In this document: one piece after another, positions 34,671-45,630 of the stretch
Numbering within the stretch: position 1 is the first letter of the stretch
How the letters are laid out: each line of letters opens with the position of its first letter
NCBI GenBank assembly: GCA_963843845.1
Contig: CAWJMB010000002.1
Coordinates: 1,888,001 to 1,952,000 of the forward strand
Direction of reading: 5' to 3'
DNA from: an uncultured Gemmatimonadaceae bacterium
GTDB taxonomy: Bacteria > Gemmatimonadota > Gemmatimonadetes > Gemmatimonadales > Gemmatimonadaceae
Length of the DNA stretch: 64,000 bases
Notes under the pieces: generated by a model
Seen by the model: the letters and a program-made list of their open reading frames with translations, nothing else
Databases searched by the model: none
What the model was told of the DNA's origin: nothing
Program-made: the position numbers and the translations under genes

Positions 34671-35392
34671 GCGAGGCCGCCGAGCCCGCGCGGGCGGACG
34701 CGCGGCTCCCGCGCTCGCGGCGTGTCGTCGTCGCGGTCGTACTCGTTCCACGGGGCATCAGTCTCGTCCTCAAGTAGGTCGGGGCGTCGCGCCTCCAGAT
34801 CGGCGACGACGGGTGCGGGAGCGTGCAGCGCGGCGTCGCGCACGTCGCGCAGCGTGAGCTGCAGGGCGTCGCGCAGCGTCTCCATCCCGGTGCGCACGCC
34901 GCGCACCGTCGACGCCGTCGAGACGAACGCGCCTTCCGTCTCGTCCTGCATGACGGCGATGAGCGCGTCGAAATCGCGCGCACGCGCCTCGGCGCGCACG
35001 ATCGCCTCCTGCAGACGCGTGTTCGCGTCCGTCAGCGTCGCGCTGGCCCGCTGCACGTCCGCGCGGATCGCCGTCGACACGTAGTCGACATTGTCCGCGA
35101 TGCGGCTCGCGTGGTGTGCGATCGGATTCACGTCGGCGTACACGCGATCGAGCAAGTCGCTGATCTTCTGATAGCTCTTGCGGAAGTTCCACGCCGCCGG
35201 CACCACGGCGACGGTGAGCACGAGGAACGCGAGTGTCATCAGCGCCCGCAGGATCGCCGAGACCGTATCGAACCACCCGGCTTCGGGCGCGATGCTCCTC
35301 GTGACGATCGTGTCCGGCAGCGCGGCGGCCTGCGCGAGGAGCCACGATCCTGCGTTCCACATCAACGTGCCGGCTGCGTCCGAGAGGTGCAT
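34667..35392 (-). CDS. DUF948-like membrane-anchored coiled-coil protein
   Basis: TM segment ending [11 protein letters not shown], then a long heptad helix (DVNPI..HA..IADNV). Confidence 0.6.
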   Translation of the reverse strand: MHLSDAAGTLMWNAGSWLLAQAAALPDTIVTRSIAPEAGWFDTVSAILRALMTLAFLVLTVAVVPAAWNFRKSYQKISDLLDRVYADVNPIAHHASRIADNVDYVSTAIRADVQRASATLTDANTRLQEAIVRAEARARDFDALIAVMQDETEGAFVSTASTVRGVRTGMETLRDALQLTLRDVRDAALHAPAPVVADLEARRPDLLEDETDAPWNEYDRDDDTPRAREPRVRPRGLGGLA

Positions 35393-35596
35393 GAGCAAGA
35401 TCGAAGGAAGGGCGACGCCGCCGCGACCTGGCGTGCGCGCTGTTTCTCGCGTCGCGGGAGCGTGCAAGGGCGGGGCCAGCGCCCGCCCCGTCGCGCGCTG
35501 GCTGATGCTACAGCCGCGCCGTCGGCCCGGCTATCTATCTCGGCGCGCGGCGCGAAGATTCGCGCCGCGCGTCCGCTCGCGCACCGGAGTCGTCTC

Positions 35597-36907
35597 ATGC
35601 ATGCAAGTCACGCCGTGCAGTTCGTCGTCGAGGGGGGACACCGGCTCGCCGGCTCCATCCGTCCATCGGGGAACAAGAACGCAGCGCTTCCCATCGTGGC
35701 GGCAGCGCTGCTCACGGACGAGCCGGTCACCCTGCAGAATGTCCCGCGTATCCGCGACATCGAGACCCTCGTGGACCTCGTTCGCTCGCTCGGCGTCGAT
35801 GCCGAGTGGCGCGAGGCGAACACGCTGCACATCCACGCGCGACAGGTGGTCGCCGCGGAGCTCGACCGCGAGCTGTCGAAGAAGATCCGCGGCTCGATCC
35901 TGCTCGCCGGTCCGCTCCTGGGGCGCTGCGGACGGGTCGTGCTTCCACCGCCGGGCGGCGACGTCATCGGGCGCCGGCGCCTCGACACGCACTTCCTCGC
36001 ACTCGAGCGACTCGGCGCGCGCTTCTCGCTCACGGACGTGTTCTCGATCGAGACCGACGGCCTCCGCGGCGCCGACGTCTTCCTCGACGAGCCGAGCGTC
36101 ACGGGCACGGAGAACGCGCTGATGGCGGCGGCAATGGCCACGGGCACGACGGTGCTCCGCAACGCGGCGTGCGAGCCCCACGTGCAGGACCTCGCACACT
36201 TCCTCGTCGCGATGGGCGCCGAGATCGAGGGGATCGGCTCGAATCGGATGACGGTGCAGGGCGGGCGGCCGCTACATGGTACGACCTATCGCATCGGACC
36301 CGACCACATCGAGGTCGGGTCGTTCATCGGCCTCGCCGCCGTGACCCAGTCGGAATTGCGCATCGAGCGCGCCGGCGTCGAGCACCTTCGGTCGACGCTC
36401 ATGGGCTTCGCACGCCTCGGCATCGAATGCCGGATCGATGGCGACGATCTCGTCGTGCCTGCCGACCAGTCGCGGCGGATCCAGTCCGATCTGGGCGGGC
36501 ACATCCCGACGATCAGCGATCAGCCGTGGCCGGCCTTCCCGGCCGACGTCATGTCGATCGCGATCGTGGCGGCGACGCAGTGCGAGGGGATCGTGATGAT
36601 GCACGAGAAGATGTTCGAGTCGCGCATGTTCTTCGTCGACAAGCTGATCGGTATGGGCGCCCGCATCGTGCTCTGTGATCCCCACCGCGCGATCGTCGCC
36701 GGGCCGAGCCGGCTGCGCGGCGCGACGCTCGAGTCGCCCGACATCCGGGCGGGCATGGCGATGCTCATCGCCGCGCTCTGCGCCGACGGAACCAGCACGA
36801 TCGACAACGTCAGTCAGATCGAACGCGGCTACGAGCGGATCGACGAACGGTTGCGGACACTGGGCGCGCGCATCGAGCGCGTCGACGAGCGGCGCCAGGG
36901 AGCGTGA
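35597..36907 (+). CDS. murA: UDP-N-acetylglucosamine 1-carboxyvinyltransferase
   Basis: [38 protein letters not shown] and IERGYE. Confidence 0.97.
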   Translation: MHASHAVQFVVEGGHRLAGSIRPSGNKNAALPIVAAALLTDEPVTLQNVPRIRDIETLVDLVRSLGVDAEWREANTLHIHARQVVAAELDRELSKKIRGSILLAGPLLGRCGRVVLPPPGGDVIGRRRLDTHFLALERLGARFSLTDVFSIETDGLRGADVFLDEPSVTGTENALMAAAMATGTTVLRNAACEPHVQDLAHFLVAMGAEIEGIGSNRMTVQGGRPLHGTTYRIGPDHIEVGSFIGLAAVTQSELRIERAGVEHLRSTLMGFARLGIECRIDGDDLVVPADQSRRIQSDLGGHIPTISDQPWPAFPADVMSIAIVAATQCEGIVMMHEKMFESRMFFVDKLIGMGARIVLCDPHRAIVAGPSRLRGATLESPDIRAGMAMLIAALCADGTSTIDNVSQIERGYERIDERLRTLGARIERVDERRQGA

Positions 36908-37653
36908 GCTTCGACCGGGGCGCCGGGATGCACGCCGATCCGACACCGAGCGACGCGCGCTACGCGGCCATCGACGCGTTCCACGATTGGGGCATTCGCG
37001 CGCTCCTCACGACGCGCGCTGCGGGGACCTTCGCGACCGCGAGCGACGAGCCGGCGGCGTCGGTCCTTGGCCGCTGGGATGCGCTGATGTCTCACCTGTT
37101 CGTCGAGGCGACGGGGGTGCGGCTCGCGACGGCCCGCCAGGTGCACGGGGCGAACGTGCTGGTGCACGAGCAAGGGTGGCGCGGCTGGCTGCGGGGGCCG
37201 GACGCCGACGGGCACGTCGCGCCGGAGCGAGGGACGGCGCTGGCCGTGTCGGTCGCCGATTGCGTCCCCGTGTTCGTGGCACACCCGGCTGGCGCGACCG
37301 CGCTGCTGCACTCCGGGTGGCGTGGCACCGAGGCGAACATCCTCGCGCGAGCGGTGCAGCTGCTCGGGGAGCGGAGGCTCGCCGCGAGCGAGCTGCGGAT
37401 CGTGCTCGGACCCGCGATCTGCGGTGCCTGCTACGAGGTGAGCCCAGACGTCTACGCGCGCATCACCGGCCACCGCGTTCCAGCGCCCCGGACCGTCGAC
37501 CTGCGCCAGGTGATCTCCGATCAGGCGCACGCGCTCGGCGTTCGCGACGTGCGGGCGGACCCACGCTGCACGCGCTGCGACAACGAGCAGTTCTTCTCGC
37601 ATCGGGCGGGCGACGCGGGGCGCCAGGTGGGGGTGATGGTGGCGTCCGTCTGA
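36904..37653 (+). CDS. pgeF: YfiH/PgeF family purine nucleoside phosphorylase / polyphenol oxidase
   Basis: QVHG, ADCVPV, HSGWRG, GPAICG.CYEV, CT.C and FFSHR. Confidence 0.9.
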   Translation: MSFDRGAGMHADPTPSDARYAAIDAFHDWGIRALLTTRAAGTFATASDEPAASVLGRWDALMSHLFVEATGVRLATARQVHGANVLVHEQGWRGWLRGPDADGHVAPERGTALAVSVADCVPVFVAHPAGATALLHSGWRGTEANILARAVQLLGERRLAASELRIVLGPAICGACYEVSPDVYARITGHRVPAPRTVDLRQVISDQAHALGVRDVRADPRCTRCDNEQFFSHRAGDAGRQVGVMVASV

Positions 37654-37717
37654 CGCGCAACGCATTCAGAGCCAAAGAGTTGCGACTACGGAATCGCGTC
37701 CGAACGGTTCATCTCGC

Positions 37718-37746
37718 TTGACCGGGTCGAACGCGCCGTCTACCTT
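37718..37746 (+). promoter_or_regulatory. sigma70-type promoter of the rimP-nusA-infB operon
   Basis: TTGACC, 17-nt spacer, TACCTT. Confidence 0.8.
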
Positions 37747-37763
37747 GAAGGCACGCGGCGACG

Positions 37764-37811
37764 GTGGGGTCGCCCGGGCAATGTGGGGGAGGTTCCCCAC
37801 ATTTTTTTGTT
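37764..37811 (+). promoter_or_regulatory. rimP leader attenuator (terminator hairpin in the 5' UTR)
   Basis: AATGTGGGG-gaggtt-CCCCACATT plus a T-tract. A second GTGGGG at 37764 could pair with the same CCCCAC. Confidence 0.75.
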
Positions 37812-37845
37812 GCCATGACGGCGTAGCTTCGGAGGCGGGCACGGG

Positions 37846-38313
37846 GTGGCTGACGCACTGGAAACGATTGTCACGACTGAACTTGAGACGCTCGGATTCG
37901 ATCTCGTCGAATTCCGGCGCCGCGGCAGTCGTGCGCGTCCGGTGCTCGAGCTCCGCGTCGAGCGGCGCGATCGGCAGCCGTTGCTCGTCGACGATTGCGC
38001 GCGGGTCTCGCGGGCGATCGAGGCGCGGCTCGACCAGTCGAAGGTCGCAGGCGACCGCTACGTTCTGGAGGTGTCGTCGCCGGGGATCGAGCGGCCGCTC
38101 CGAACGGCCGAGGACTGGCGCCGGTTCGTCGGCCAGCCGGCTGTGGTGACGGCGCCCGCGCTCCCGGGCGGGAAGGCGGAAGTCGACGTCGTGGCAGTCG
38201 CAGGAGAGCCGGGTAGCGAGGTCGCGACGGTGCGCGACGCGAAGGGGGCGGAGCACGCGCTGCCACTCGCATCGGTGTCCGAAGCCCGCCTGTCGTTCCA
38301 CTGGAATCGCTAG
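37846..38313 (+). CDS. rimP: Ribosome maturation factor RimP
   Basis: VDDCARVSRAIEA.LD and YVLEVSSPGIERPL. Confidence 0.95.
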   Translation: MADALETIVTTELETLGFDLVEFRRRGSRARPVLELRVERRDRQPLLVDDCARVSRAIEARLDQSKVAGDRYVLEVSSPGIERPLRTAEDWRRFVGQPAVVTAPALPGGKAEVDVVAVAGEPGSEVATVRDAKGAEHALPLASVSEARLSFHWNR

Positions 38314-38326
38314 AGGATTTTCATAG

Positions 38327-39750
38327 ATGGCTGCGTCGCCCGACATTCTGAACGCGCTCCGCGAGCTGACGAACGCGAAGCAGCTCGACCGCGCCGAACT
38401 GCAGGGACTGCTGCAGGACGGCATCCTCGCTGCGCTCGCGAAGAAGTACGGCCCGACGGTCAGCGCCGAAGTCGACATCGACGACGAGACGGGACAGATC
38501 CGCATCGCGCTGCTCTTCACCGTCGTCGAGACGGTGACGGACTCCGCGCGCGAGATCTCGCTCGAGGAGGCGCGCTTCGAGGACGAGGAGTTCCAGCCTG
38601 GCGACATCCTCGAGCGCCCGATCGAGTTCGCGGAATTCGGCCGCGCCGCGGTGCAGGCGGCGAAGCAGCGCATCATCCAGCGTGTGCGCGAAGGGGAGCG
38701 CACGCGGATCAAAGACGAATTCTCCACGAAGGTCGGCGAACTCCTCTCCGGCGAGGTCCAGCAGATCGAGCGCGGCAAGCTCGTCATCATGCTGAACCGC
38801 TTCCGCGAGGCCGAGGCGATCATCCCGTATCGCGAGCAGAATCATCGCGAGCACTACCATCAGGGCGAGCCGATCCGTGCCGTGCTGAAGCGCGTCGAGG
38901 ACACGCCGAAGGGGCCGCGCCTGATCTTCAGCCGGTCCGACGCGCTGTTCGTGCAGGCGCTGTTCAAGCTGGAAGTGCCGGAGATCCAGCAGAACATCGT
39001 CGAGATTCGCGCCGGCGCTCGCGAGGTCGGCAGCCGGACGAAGATCGCGGTCTTCTCGCGCGACGACTCGGTCGATCCCGTCGGCGCGTGCGTCGGGCTC
39101 AAGGGCGCGCGCGTGCAGGCGGTGGTGAACGAGCTCGGGGGGAGCGCATCGACATCGTGCCCTGGTCGTCCGACCCGGAACGCTTCGCCAAGCTCGCCCT
39201 CGCTCCTGCCAAGGTCGCGCGGGTGCACAGCGATGCGAACACGCGGACGATCCAGGCGATCGTCGACGACGACCAGCTGTCGCTGGCCATCGGTCGGAAC
39301 GGCCAGAACGTGCGCCTCGCATCGGAGCTGACCGGATGGAAGATCGACCTCTACTCGAGTCGCGAGTGGCTGGACAAGGGCGGTGAGGAGCAGCTGTTCG
39401 GCAGCCAGGGAGGCGACGAGGAGATGCCCGACGTGAGCCTCGCCGAGCTCGAGGGAGTCGATCCGGCGATCGCCGCGGTGCTCGAGGAAGCCGGCTACCG
39501 AACGTTGAACGACATCATCGACCTCGACCGCGACGACTTCCTCCGCCTTCCCGGCATCGCGCCGCAGGAGGCCGATCGCCTCGTCGCGATCATCGAGGAG
39601 TTGACGACGATGGACGAGGACGAGGGCGCGACGGTTGCAGCCGACGCGGAGGATGCGACCGATGCGACCGATGCGGACGATGCGGCCGATGGGACCGACG
39701 CGGACGACGCGGCGGTGGACGCGGGCGCCGACGCTGACGTCGCGAAGTAG
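38327..39750 (+). CDS. nusA: Transcription termination factor NusA (-1 indel in a G-run about 39140)
   Basis: FGRAAVQAAKQ.I.QR.RE.ER, LEVPEI, GSRTKIAV, DPVGACVG.KG.RVQAV, LSLAIGRNGQNVRLAS, and an acidic tail. Confidence 0.97.
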
Positions 39751-39767
39751 GCCGGATCAGCGCGGAG

Positions 39768-40151
39768 ATGACCCCCGACGTTGCGGACAAGGTGCTGCGC
39801 CTCCTCGGGCTCGGTGTTCGGAGCCGCGGCGCCGTGGTCGGAGTGGAACGGGTGCGTGAGGCAGCGTCGAAGGGCACGGTGGTGCTCGCCGTCGTGGCGA
39901 CAGACGTCTCCGCGCATAGCTTGGAGAAAGTGCTGCCGTTGCTCGCCGCCAAGCGAGTGCCGGTACTGAGCGGGCCGGGAGCGGAAGCGCTCGGACACGC
40001 CGTAGGGCGGGAACGAACGGCCGTCGTTGGCATCGTCGATCGGAACCTCGCACGCGGGGTCCGGAGCGCAGCCGGCGACGCGGTCGCGTCGGGCAGGACG
40101 CAGGGGCAGGAGCGTACCGCGGGTGCGCCGCGGACGAGCAGGGGCGATTAG
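39768..40151 (+). CDS. L7Ae/L30e family RNA-binding protein (YlxQ-like)
   Basis: LLGLG.RSR..VVG..VRE, VVA.DVS and LGHAVGR...AVVGI.D. Located between nusA and infB. Confidence 0.88.
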   Translation: MTPDVADKVLRLLGLGVRSRGAVVGVERVREAASKGTVVLAVVATDVSAHSLEKVLPLLAAKRVPVLSGPGAEALGHAVGRERTAVVGIVDRNLARGVRSAAGDAVASGRTQGQERTAGAPRTSRGD

Positions 40152-40160
40152 GAGGGTGGC

Positions 40161-43130
40161 TTGAGCAAGCTTCGTGTGAACGACATGGCAGGTGAGTTCG
40201 GGATCGCTACGGACGAAGTGATCGAGATGCTTCGGAAAATGGACGTTCCCGTACGCAGCCACATCACGGTGTTGACCGACGACCAGGTGTCGCGCGTGCG
40301 CGCCCGATGGGAGCGTGAGAAGCGCACCCGCGCGGAGCGTGCCGCGCAGGCGGCTGCCCCGGCGCCGACGCGTCGGCGCCGGGGCGCGGCGGCACCAGCC
40401 CCCGAGCCCGCTCCGGCGCCAGCGCCGATCGAAGTTCCGCACTCGGTCCGTCGCCGCGTTCGTCCAGCCGATGCGCCCGCCGCTGTCGAGTTCGAGGCGA
40501 CGACGCCGGACAGCGCGCCTGAGCCTGTCGTCGCTCCTCCCGTGCCAGTCGAGGCGCCGGCAGCACCGGCTGTCGCGACTCCGGCTGCCGCCCCAGCCCA
40601 GGCTGCCGCGCCGCCGGCGCCTGAGCCGAGCGTGTCGCCCGTGCCGAGCGCGTCGCCTGCGGAACAGCGTACGCCGGAACCCCTCGTCGTGGCCGCGAAG
40701 GCGTCCGACGAGCGCCCCGCCGCAACGACCGGTCGTCCGGACCGCGAGGAAGCTGAGCGTGTCGTCGAGGTGCCGGTCGCGCAGGAGCCGAGCGCCGCGG
40801 CCGCGCCCCGGCAGGCGGCTCCGCCGACGCCTCCGCCGACGCCTCCGCACGTCGGAGCGGCCGCGCCGCCTCGACCCGTCGCCCCGCCGCGAGCCACCGG
40901 TGGGATGCCGACGCCGGTCGCGAGCGCGTCGCCGAGTGCGGCGTCGAACGCGGCTGCGGCGGACCGGCAGCGGCCGCGCCCCGTGGTGCCTGGTGCGCCG
41001 CGCCCGCGCCCGGTGACCCCCGGCTCTCCGCGTCCCGTCGCGTCGGCCGCGCCGAGCGGTACGGCGCCGGCGCGTCGCGACGACCAGCGCCGTCCGGCTG
41101 GACCCGGCGGGCCTGGTGGACAGACCCCGAGCCAGGGGGCCTCATTCGGCTCTGGCGTCGGTGCCCGTGATGCGAACCGGAGGGGCGGGAAGAAGAACCG
41201 TCGCGCCGGGGTCGATCAGCAGGCGGTTGCCGACAACATCGCCCGGACGATGCAGGGCATGCGTGGCGCGCCGACGCGTGGGCGCGGCCGCGGTCGCGAA
41301 GATGCCCGCGAGGAGATGGCGGCGCAGCGCGCGGCCGACGCACAACGCGAGCTCACGACGGTCCGCGTCAACGAGTTCATCACGGTCAGCGAGCTGGCGC
41401 AGAGCCTCAAGGTGTCGCCGACGCAGATCGTCGGCTTCGCGCTGAAGAACCTCGGCCTGATGGTCACGATCAATCAGCGCCTGGACTTCGACCAGATCGA
41501 CCTGATCGCGAGCGAGTTCGGATTCAAGGCGGTTCGCGAGGAGGAGTACCTCGCCGACTTCGGCGAGGAGACCGTCGCGGATACGGCGGAGGACCTGACG
41601 TCGCGGCCGCCGGTCGTGACGATCATGGGCCACGTCGACCACGGCAAGACGTCGCTGCTCGACTACATCCGCAAGGCGAACGTCGTCGCGGGCGAGGCGG
41701 GCGGGATCACGCAGCACATCGGCGCATATCACGTCACGCTTCCGGACCGCCGCCAGATCACCTTCCTCGACACGCCTGGCCACGAGGCGTTCACCGCGAT
41801 GCGCGCCCGCGGCGCGCAGGTCACGGACATCGTCGTGCTCGTCGTTGCAGCTGACGACGGGCTCATGCCGCAGACGGTCGAGGCCATCTCGCACGCGAAG
41901 AATGCCGGCGTGCCCATGGTCATCGCGATCAACAAGATCGACCTGCCGCAGGCGAACCCGGGCCGCGTGAAACAGGAGCTGCTCCAGCAGAATGTCGTGC
42001 TCGAGGAATTCGGTGGCAACGTGCTCGCGACCGAGATCTCGGCGAAGAAAGGCACCAACGTCCAGGAACTGCTCGACCAGCTGCTGCTCCAGTCCGAAAT
42101 TCTCGACCTGAAGGCGAACGCGGACCGCCGCGCGGCGGGCTCGGTCATCGAGGCGCAGCTCGATCCGGGCAAGGGCCCCGTGGCGACCGTGCTCGTCCAG
42201 AACGGCACGCTCCGCGTCGGCGACGACTTCATCTGCGGCATGTTCTCGGGCCGTGTCCGCGCGCTGTTCGACGAGCGCGGCAAGCCGGTGAAGGAGGCCG
42301 GTCCGGCGATCCCGGTCCAGATCCTGGGTCTCGCCGGCGTGCCGATGGCCGGCGATCAGCTCACGGTCGTCGAGGACGCCACCGCCGCGCGCGACATCGC
42401 GCAGCGCCGTGAACGCCTCAGCCGCGAGGCGATGTCGCGTCGCACGTCCAAGGGCGTCGTCACGCTCGAGGACTTCATGTCGCAGACCGGCGGCGGTGCC
42501 GCGCGGAACCTCAAGCTGCTCATCAAGGCCGATCAGGGCGGTCCCGCCGAGGCGCTCGCCGACGCGCTGGGACAGCTGTCGAACGCGGAGGTCGGCGTCG
42601 AGATCGTGCAGCGCGCGGTCGGCGCCATCACCGAAGGCGACATCCTGCTCGCGAAGGCGGCCGGCGCGATCATCATCGGCTTCCACGTGCGCCCGGACAA
42701 CAAGGCGCGGGCGTCGGCCGAGCGCGAGGGCGTGGACATCAGGCTGTACCGCATCATCTACGAGGCGGTGAACGACGTCCGTGCCGCGCTCGAGGGGATG
42801 CTCAAGCCGGAGCAGCGCGAGGTGGTGCTCGGCGAGGCAGAAGTGCGCGAGATCTTCAAGGTGCCGCGCATCGGGACGATCGGCGGGTGCTCGGTTCGCA
42901 ACGGCACGATCAACCGCCAGGCGCGCATCCGCGTCATTCGGGACGGCGTCGAAGTCTACGACGGCACGATCGGCTCGCTCCGCCGCTTCAAGGACGACGT
43001 CAAGGAGGTCCGCGAAGGATTCGAATGCGGTATCGGCGTCGAGAACTTCAACGATCTGAAGCTCGGCGACGTGCTCGAGTGCTATCGCACGGAAGAGGTG
43101 GCCCGCACGCTCGCGAACGCCAACGCATAA
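40161..43130 (+). CDS. infB: Translation initiation factor IF-2
   Basis: RPPVVTIMGHVDHGKTSLLD, EAGGITQHIG, DTPGHEAF and NKID. TTG start with GGAGG upstream. Confidence 0.98.
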   Translation: MSKLRVNDMAGEFGIATDEVIEMLRKMDVPVRSHITVLTDDQVSRVRARWEREKRTRAERAAQAAAPAPTRRRRGAAAPAPEPAPAPAPIEVPHSVRRRVRPADAPAAVEFEATTPDSAPEPVVAPPVPVEAPAAPAVATPAAAPAQAAAPPAPEPSVSPVPSASPAEQRTPEPLVVAAKASDERPAATTGRPDREEAERVVEVPVAQEPSAAAAPRQAAPPTPPPTPPHVGAAAPPRPVAPPRATGGMPTPVASASPSAASNAAAADRQRPRPVVPGAPRPRPVTPGSPRPVASAAPSGTAPARRDDQRRPAGPGGPGGQTPSQGASFGSGVGARDANRRGGKKNRRAGVDQQAVADNIARTMQGMRGAPTRGRGRGREDAREEMAAQRAADAQRELTTVRVNEFITVSELAQSLKVSPTQIVGFALKNLGLMVTINQRLDFDQIDLIASEFGFKAVREEEYLADFGEETVADTAEDLTSRPPVVTIMGHVDHGKTSLLDYIRKANVVAGEAGGITQHIGAYHVTLPDRRQITFLDTPGHEAFTAMRARGAQVTDIVVLVVAADDGLMPQTVEAISHAKNAGVPMVIAINKIDLPQANPGRVKQELLQQNVVLEEFGGNVLATEISAKKGTNVQELLDQLLLQSEILDLKANADRRAAGSVIEAQLDPGKGPVATVLVQNGTLRVGDDFICGMFSGRVRALFDERGKPVKEAGPAIPVQILGLAGVPMAGDQLTVVEDATAARDIAQRRERLSREAMSRRTSKGVVTLEDFMSQTGGGAARNLKLLIKADQGGPAEALADALGQLSNAEVGVEIVQRAVGAITEGDILLAKAAGAIIIGFHVRPDNKARASAEREGVDIRLYRIIYEAVNDVRAALEGMLKPEQREVVLGEAEVREIFKVPRIGTIGGCSVRNGTINRQARIRVIRDGVEVYDGTIGSLRRFKDDVKEVREGFECGIGVENFNDLKLGDVLECYRTEEVARTLANANA

Positions 43131-43139
43131 CCTTGGAGG

Positions 43140-43203
43140 GCAGAGCGCAGCGCGCAGCGTGCAGGGGACGAGCTACCTCCGCGCGCTGCGCGCTGTGCTC
43201 TGC
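43140..43203. repeat. 28-bp inverted repeat built from heptamers between infB and rbfA
   Basis: GCAGAGC-GCAGCGC-GCAGCGT-GCAGGGG, an 8-nt loop, then the complementary arm with 3 G.U pairs and 1 mismatch. Confidence 0.85.
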
Positions 43204-43214
43204 GCTGGCTCTTT

Positions 43215-43670
43215 ATGGCATTCGATAATCGTCGCCCCGACCGTGTGGCCGAGGCCATTCGCGAAGAAGTCGCGACCTTTCTGTTCGACGGCGCGAAAGA
43301 TCCGCGCATTCGCGGCCTCGTCACCGTGACGGGGGTCGACGTCACGCGCGACCTCCGGCACGCTCGCGTGTTCGTCAGCGTCATGGGGGACGACGCTGAG
43401 CGTGCCGACACGTTCGTGGGGCTCGCTGGCGTCGCGTCTCACCTGCGCGGCAGGATCGGGCGTGCGCTGCGACTTCGCGTCGCCCCCGAGATCGAGTTCA
43501 AGGCGGACGACAGCGTCGCGCGCGCCGCGCGCATCGAGACGCTCCTCGAGGGGTTGCAGCGAGAGCGGGATGACCGACAGGCCGCGCCCGACGACGCCGA
43601 CGTCGACGAAGCGGCGGCGGCGGAAGATGCGCGCTCCGCGTCGGATGCGAACCCCGATGAAGCGCCCTGA
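43215..43670 (+). CDS. rbfA: Ribosome-binding factor A
   Basis: [32 protein letters not shown] and [11 protein letters not shown]. Confidence 0.96.
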   Translation: MAFDNRRPDRVAEAIREEVATFLFDGAKDPRIRGLVTVTGVDVTRDLRHARVFVSVMGDDAERADTFVGLAGVASHLRGRIGRALRLRVAPEIEFKADDSVARAARIETLLEGLQRERDDRQAAPDDADVDEAAAAEDARSASDANPDEAP

Positions 43671-43681
43671 GCGAGGCACCG

Positions 43682-44554
43682 GTGCAGAACGGTCTCCTGC
43701 TCGTCGACAAGCCTGCCGGTGTCACGTCGCATGACGTCGTCGCGGTGGCCCGTCGGGCGCTCGGCGAGCGGAGGATCGGACATGCAGGGACGCTCGATCC
43801 GTTCGCGACCGGGCTACTGGTGCTCCTCGTGGGCCGCGCGACGCGGCTCCTCCCGCACGTCAGCGGCGACCCGAAGGTCTACGAGGCGACGATCCGCTTC
43901 GGCAGCGAGACGACCACCGAGGACCTGCACGGCGACGAGACGGTGACCGCGCCCCTCCCGTCGGTCGAGTCGCTCCTCGTCGCGGTCGGCGCGGTGCTCG
44001 GCCCGATCGACCAGATCCCGCCCGCATTCTCCGCGAAGCGCGTGGGGGGGCGACGGGCGCACGAATTGGCGCGCGCCGGCCAGCCGGTCGCGCTGGCACC
44101 GGTGTCGGTTCGCGTCGACAAGTGGGAGCTGCTCGCCATGCGCGGGTTCCCTCCGACGACGCTCACCGACATCGATGCGCAGATCACCTGCGGGCCCGGT
44201 ACGTACGTGCGCTCGCTGGCCCGCGACCTCGCCCGGGCGGCGGGAAGCGCCGCGCACCTCACCGCGCTCCGACGTACGCGGAGCGGCGCCTTCGACGTCG
44301 CGGATGCTGTCACGCTCGACGCGATTCGGGACGGCGTGGTACCGCTGCTCCCGCCGATCGCCGCGATCCCTGACTATCCCGTGCAGGCGCTCGACCCGGC
44401 CGACGTGCGGCGCGTCACGAGCGGCATCGAAGTCGACGCGTCGGTCGATGGAGCGTGGGGTGCGCTGACGGACACCGGCGGCGCGCTCGTCGCGCTGGCG
44501 GAGCGCCGCGACGATCGGTGGCAGCCGCGGGTCGTGCTCTCCGAGGCGAGTTAG
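43682..44554 (+). CDS. truB: tRNA pseudouridine(55) synthase
   Basis: [37 protein letters not shown] and LRRTRSG. Confidence 0.97.
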   Translation: MQNGLLLVDKPAGVTSHDVVAVARRALGERRIGHAGTLDPFATGLLVLLVGRATRLLPHVSGDPKVYEATIRFGSETTTEDLHGDETVTAPLPSVESLLVAVGAVLGPIDQIPPAFSAKRVGGRRAHELARAGQPVALAPVSVRVDKWELLAMRGFPPTTLTDIDAQITCGPGTYVRSLARDLARAAGSAAHLTALRRTRSGAFDVADAVTLDAIRDGVVPLLPPIAAIPDYPVQALDPADVRRVTSGIEVDASVDGAWGALTDTGGALVALAERRDDRWQPRVVLSEAS

Positions 44555-44555
44555 C

Positions 44556-45539
44556 GTGCCGAAGTCCGGGCTCCCGCCCGACGTCGCCGGCACGGTCGTC
44601 ACGGTCGGCACGTTCGACGGAGTGCACCGCGGCCACCAGGACGTCGTCGCGCGGCTCGTCCAGCAGGCCGGCGAACGCGGGCTGCGCAGCCTGCTCGTCA
44701 CGTTCGATCCGCACCCACTCGAAGTCTTGAATCCCGACGCGGCGCCGAGGCTGCTCACGACGCCGCGCGAGCGGCTCGAGATCCTCGCGTCGTCCGGGCT
44801 CGACTACGTGGCCGTGCTGCCGTTCTCCCGCACGCTCGCGGCGTACGAAGCCGATCAGTTCGTCGATCTCGTCCTTCGCGACCGGTTCCGGATGCGCGAG
44901 CTGCTGATCGGTCACGACCACGGATTCGGTCGCGGCCGTGCCGGCGACGCGGCCACGCTGGTCGCCCTCGGCCGCGCTCGCGGGTTCGATGTCGATGTCG
45001 TCCCACCGGTGGCGTCCGGAGCCGGCGAGGCGAGCACCATCCCCATCTCGTCAAGCGGCATCCGTCGGGCGCTCGAGCTCGGCGAGGTGAGCGCGGCCCG
45101 GGGCGCGCTGGGCCGCTGGTATTCGGTGTCCGGCGTCGTGACGCACGGCGAGAAGCGCGGCAGGCAGATCGGCTACCCGACGTTGAACGTCGTGCCGGAT
45201 TCCCCGCGGAAGCTGCTGCCGCGCGAAGGTGTCTACGCCGTATACGTCCAGACGCCTGACGGGCCGAAGCGCGGAATGATGAACGTCGGCTCGCGTCCGA
45301 CATTCGGTGATGAGACCGTCGTGCTCGAGGCGCATCTGTTCGACACACACGGTGACTGGTACGGTGCGCGCGTGCGCCTCGATCTCGTCGCGCGCCTGCG
45401 TGACGTCGAGAAATTCCCGTCGATCGACGCGCTCGTCGCACAGCTCCGTCGTGACGGTGACGCAGCGCGCACGGCGCTCGACGAGGCACACGTTGATGCA
45501 GCTCCGCGGCGCGTTGACGCGAGCGTCACGGCGACCTAA
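44556..45539 (+). CDS. ribF: Bifunctional riboflavin kinase / FAD synthetase
   Basis: [37 protein letters not shown] and EAHLFD. Confidence 0.96.
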   Translation: MPKSGLPPDVAGTVVTVGTFDGVHRGHQDVVARLVQQAGERGLRSLLVTFDPHPLEVLNPDAAPRLLTTPRERLEILASSGLDYVAVLPFSRTLAAYEADQFVDLVLRDRFRMRELLIGHDHGFGRGRAGDAATLVALGRARGFDVDVVPPVASGAGEASTIPISSSGIRRALELGEVSAARGALGRWYSVSGVVTHGEKRGRQIGYPTLNVVPDSPRKLLPREGVYAVYVQTPDGPKRGMMNVGSRPTFGDETVVLEAHLFDTHGDWYGARVRLDLVARLRDVEKFPSIDALVAQLRRDGDAARTALDEAHVDAAPRRVDASVTAT

Positions 45540-45630
45540 CCTTCGCAGTTTCCAGCGGTTCGCTCGCTTTCGGACCTCGCGTGTCGACAGCCGCGTCCGA
45601 TCGGTTCCCCCCTCCTCCTCCCGCAGTCGC

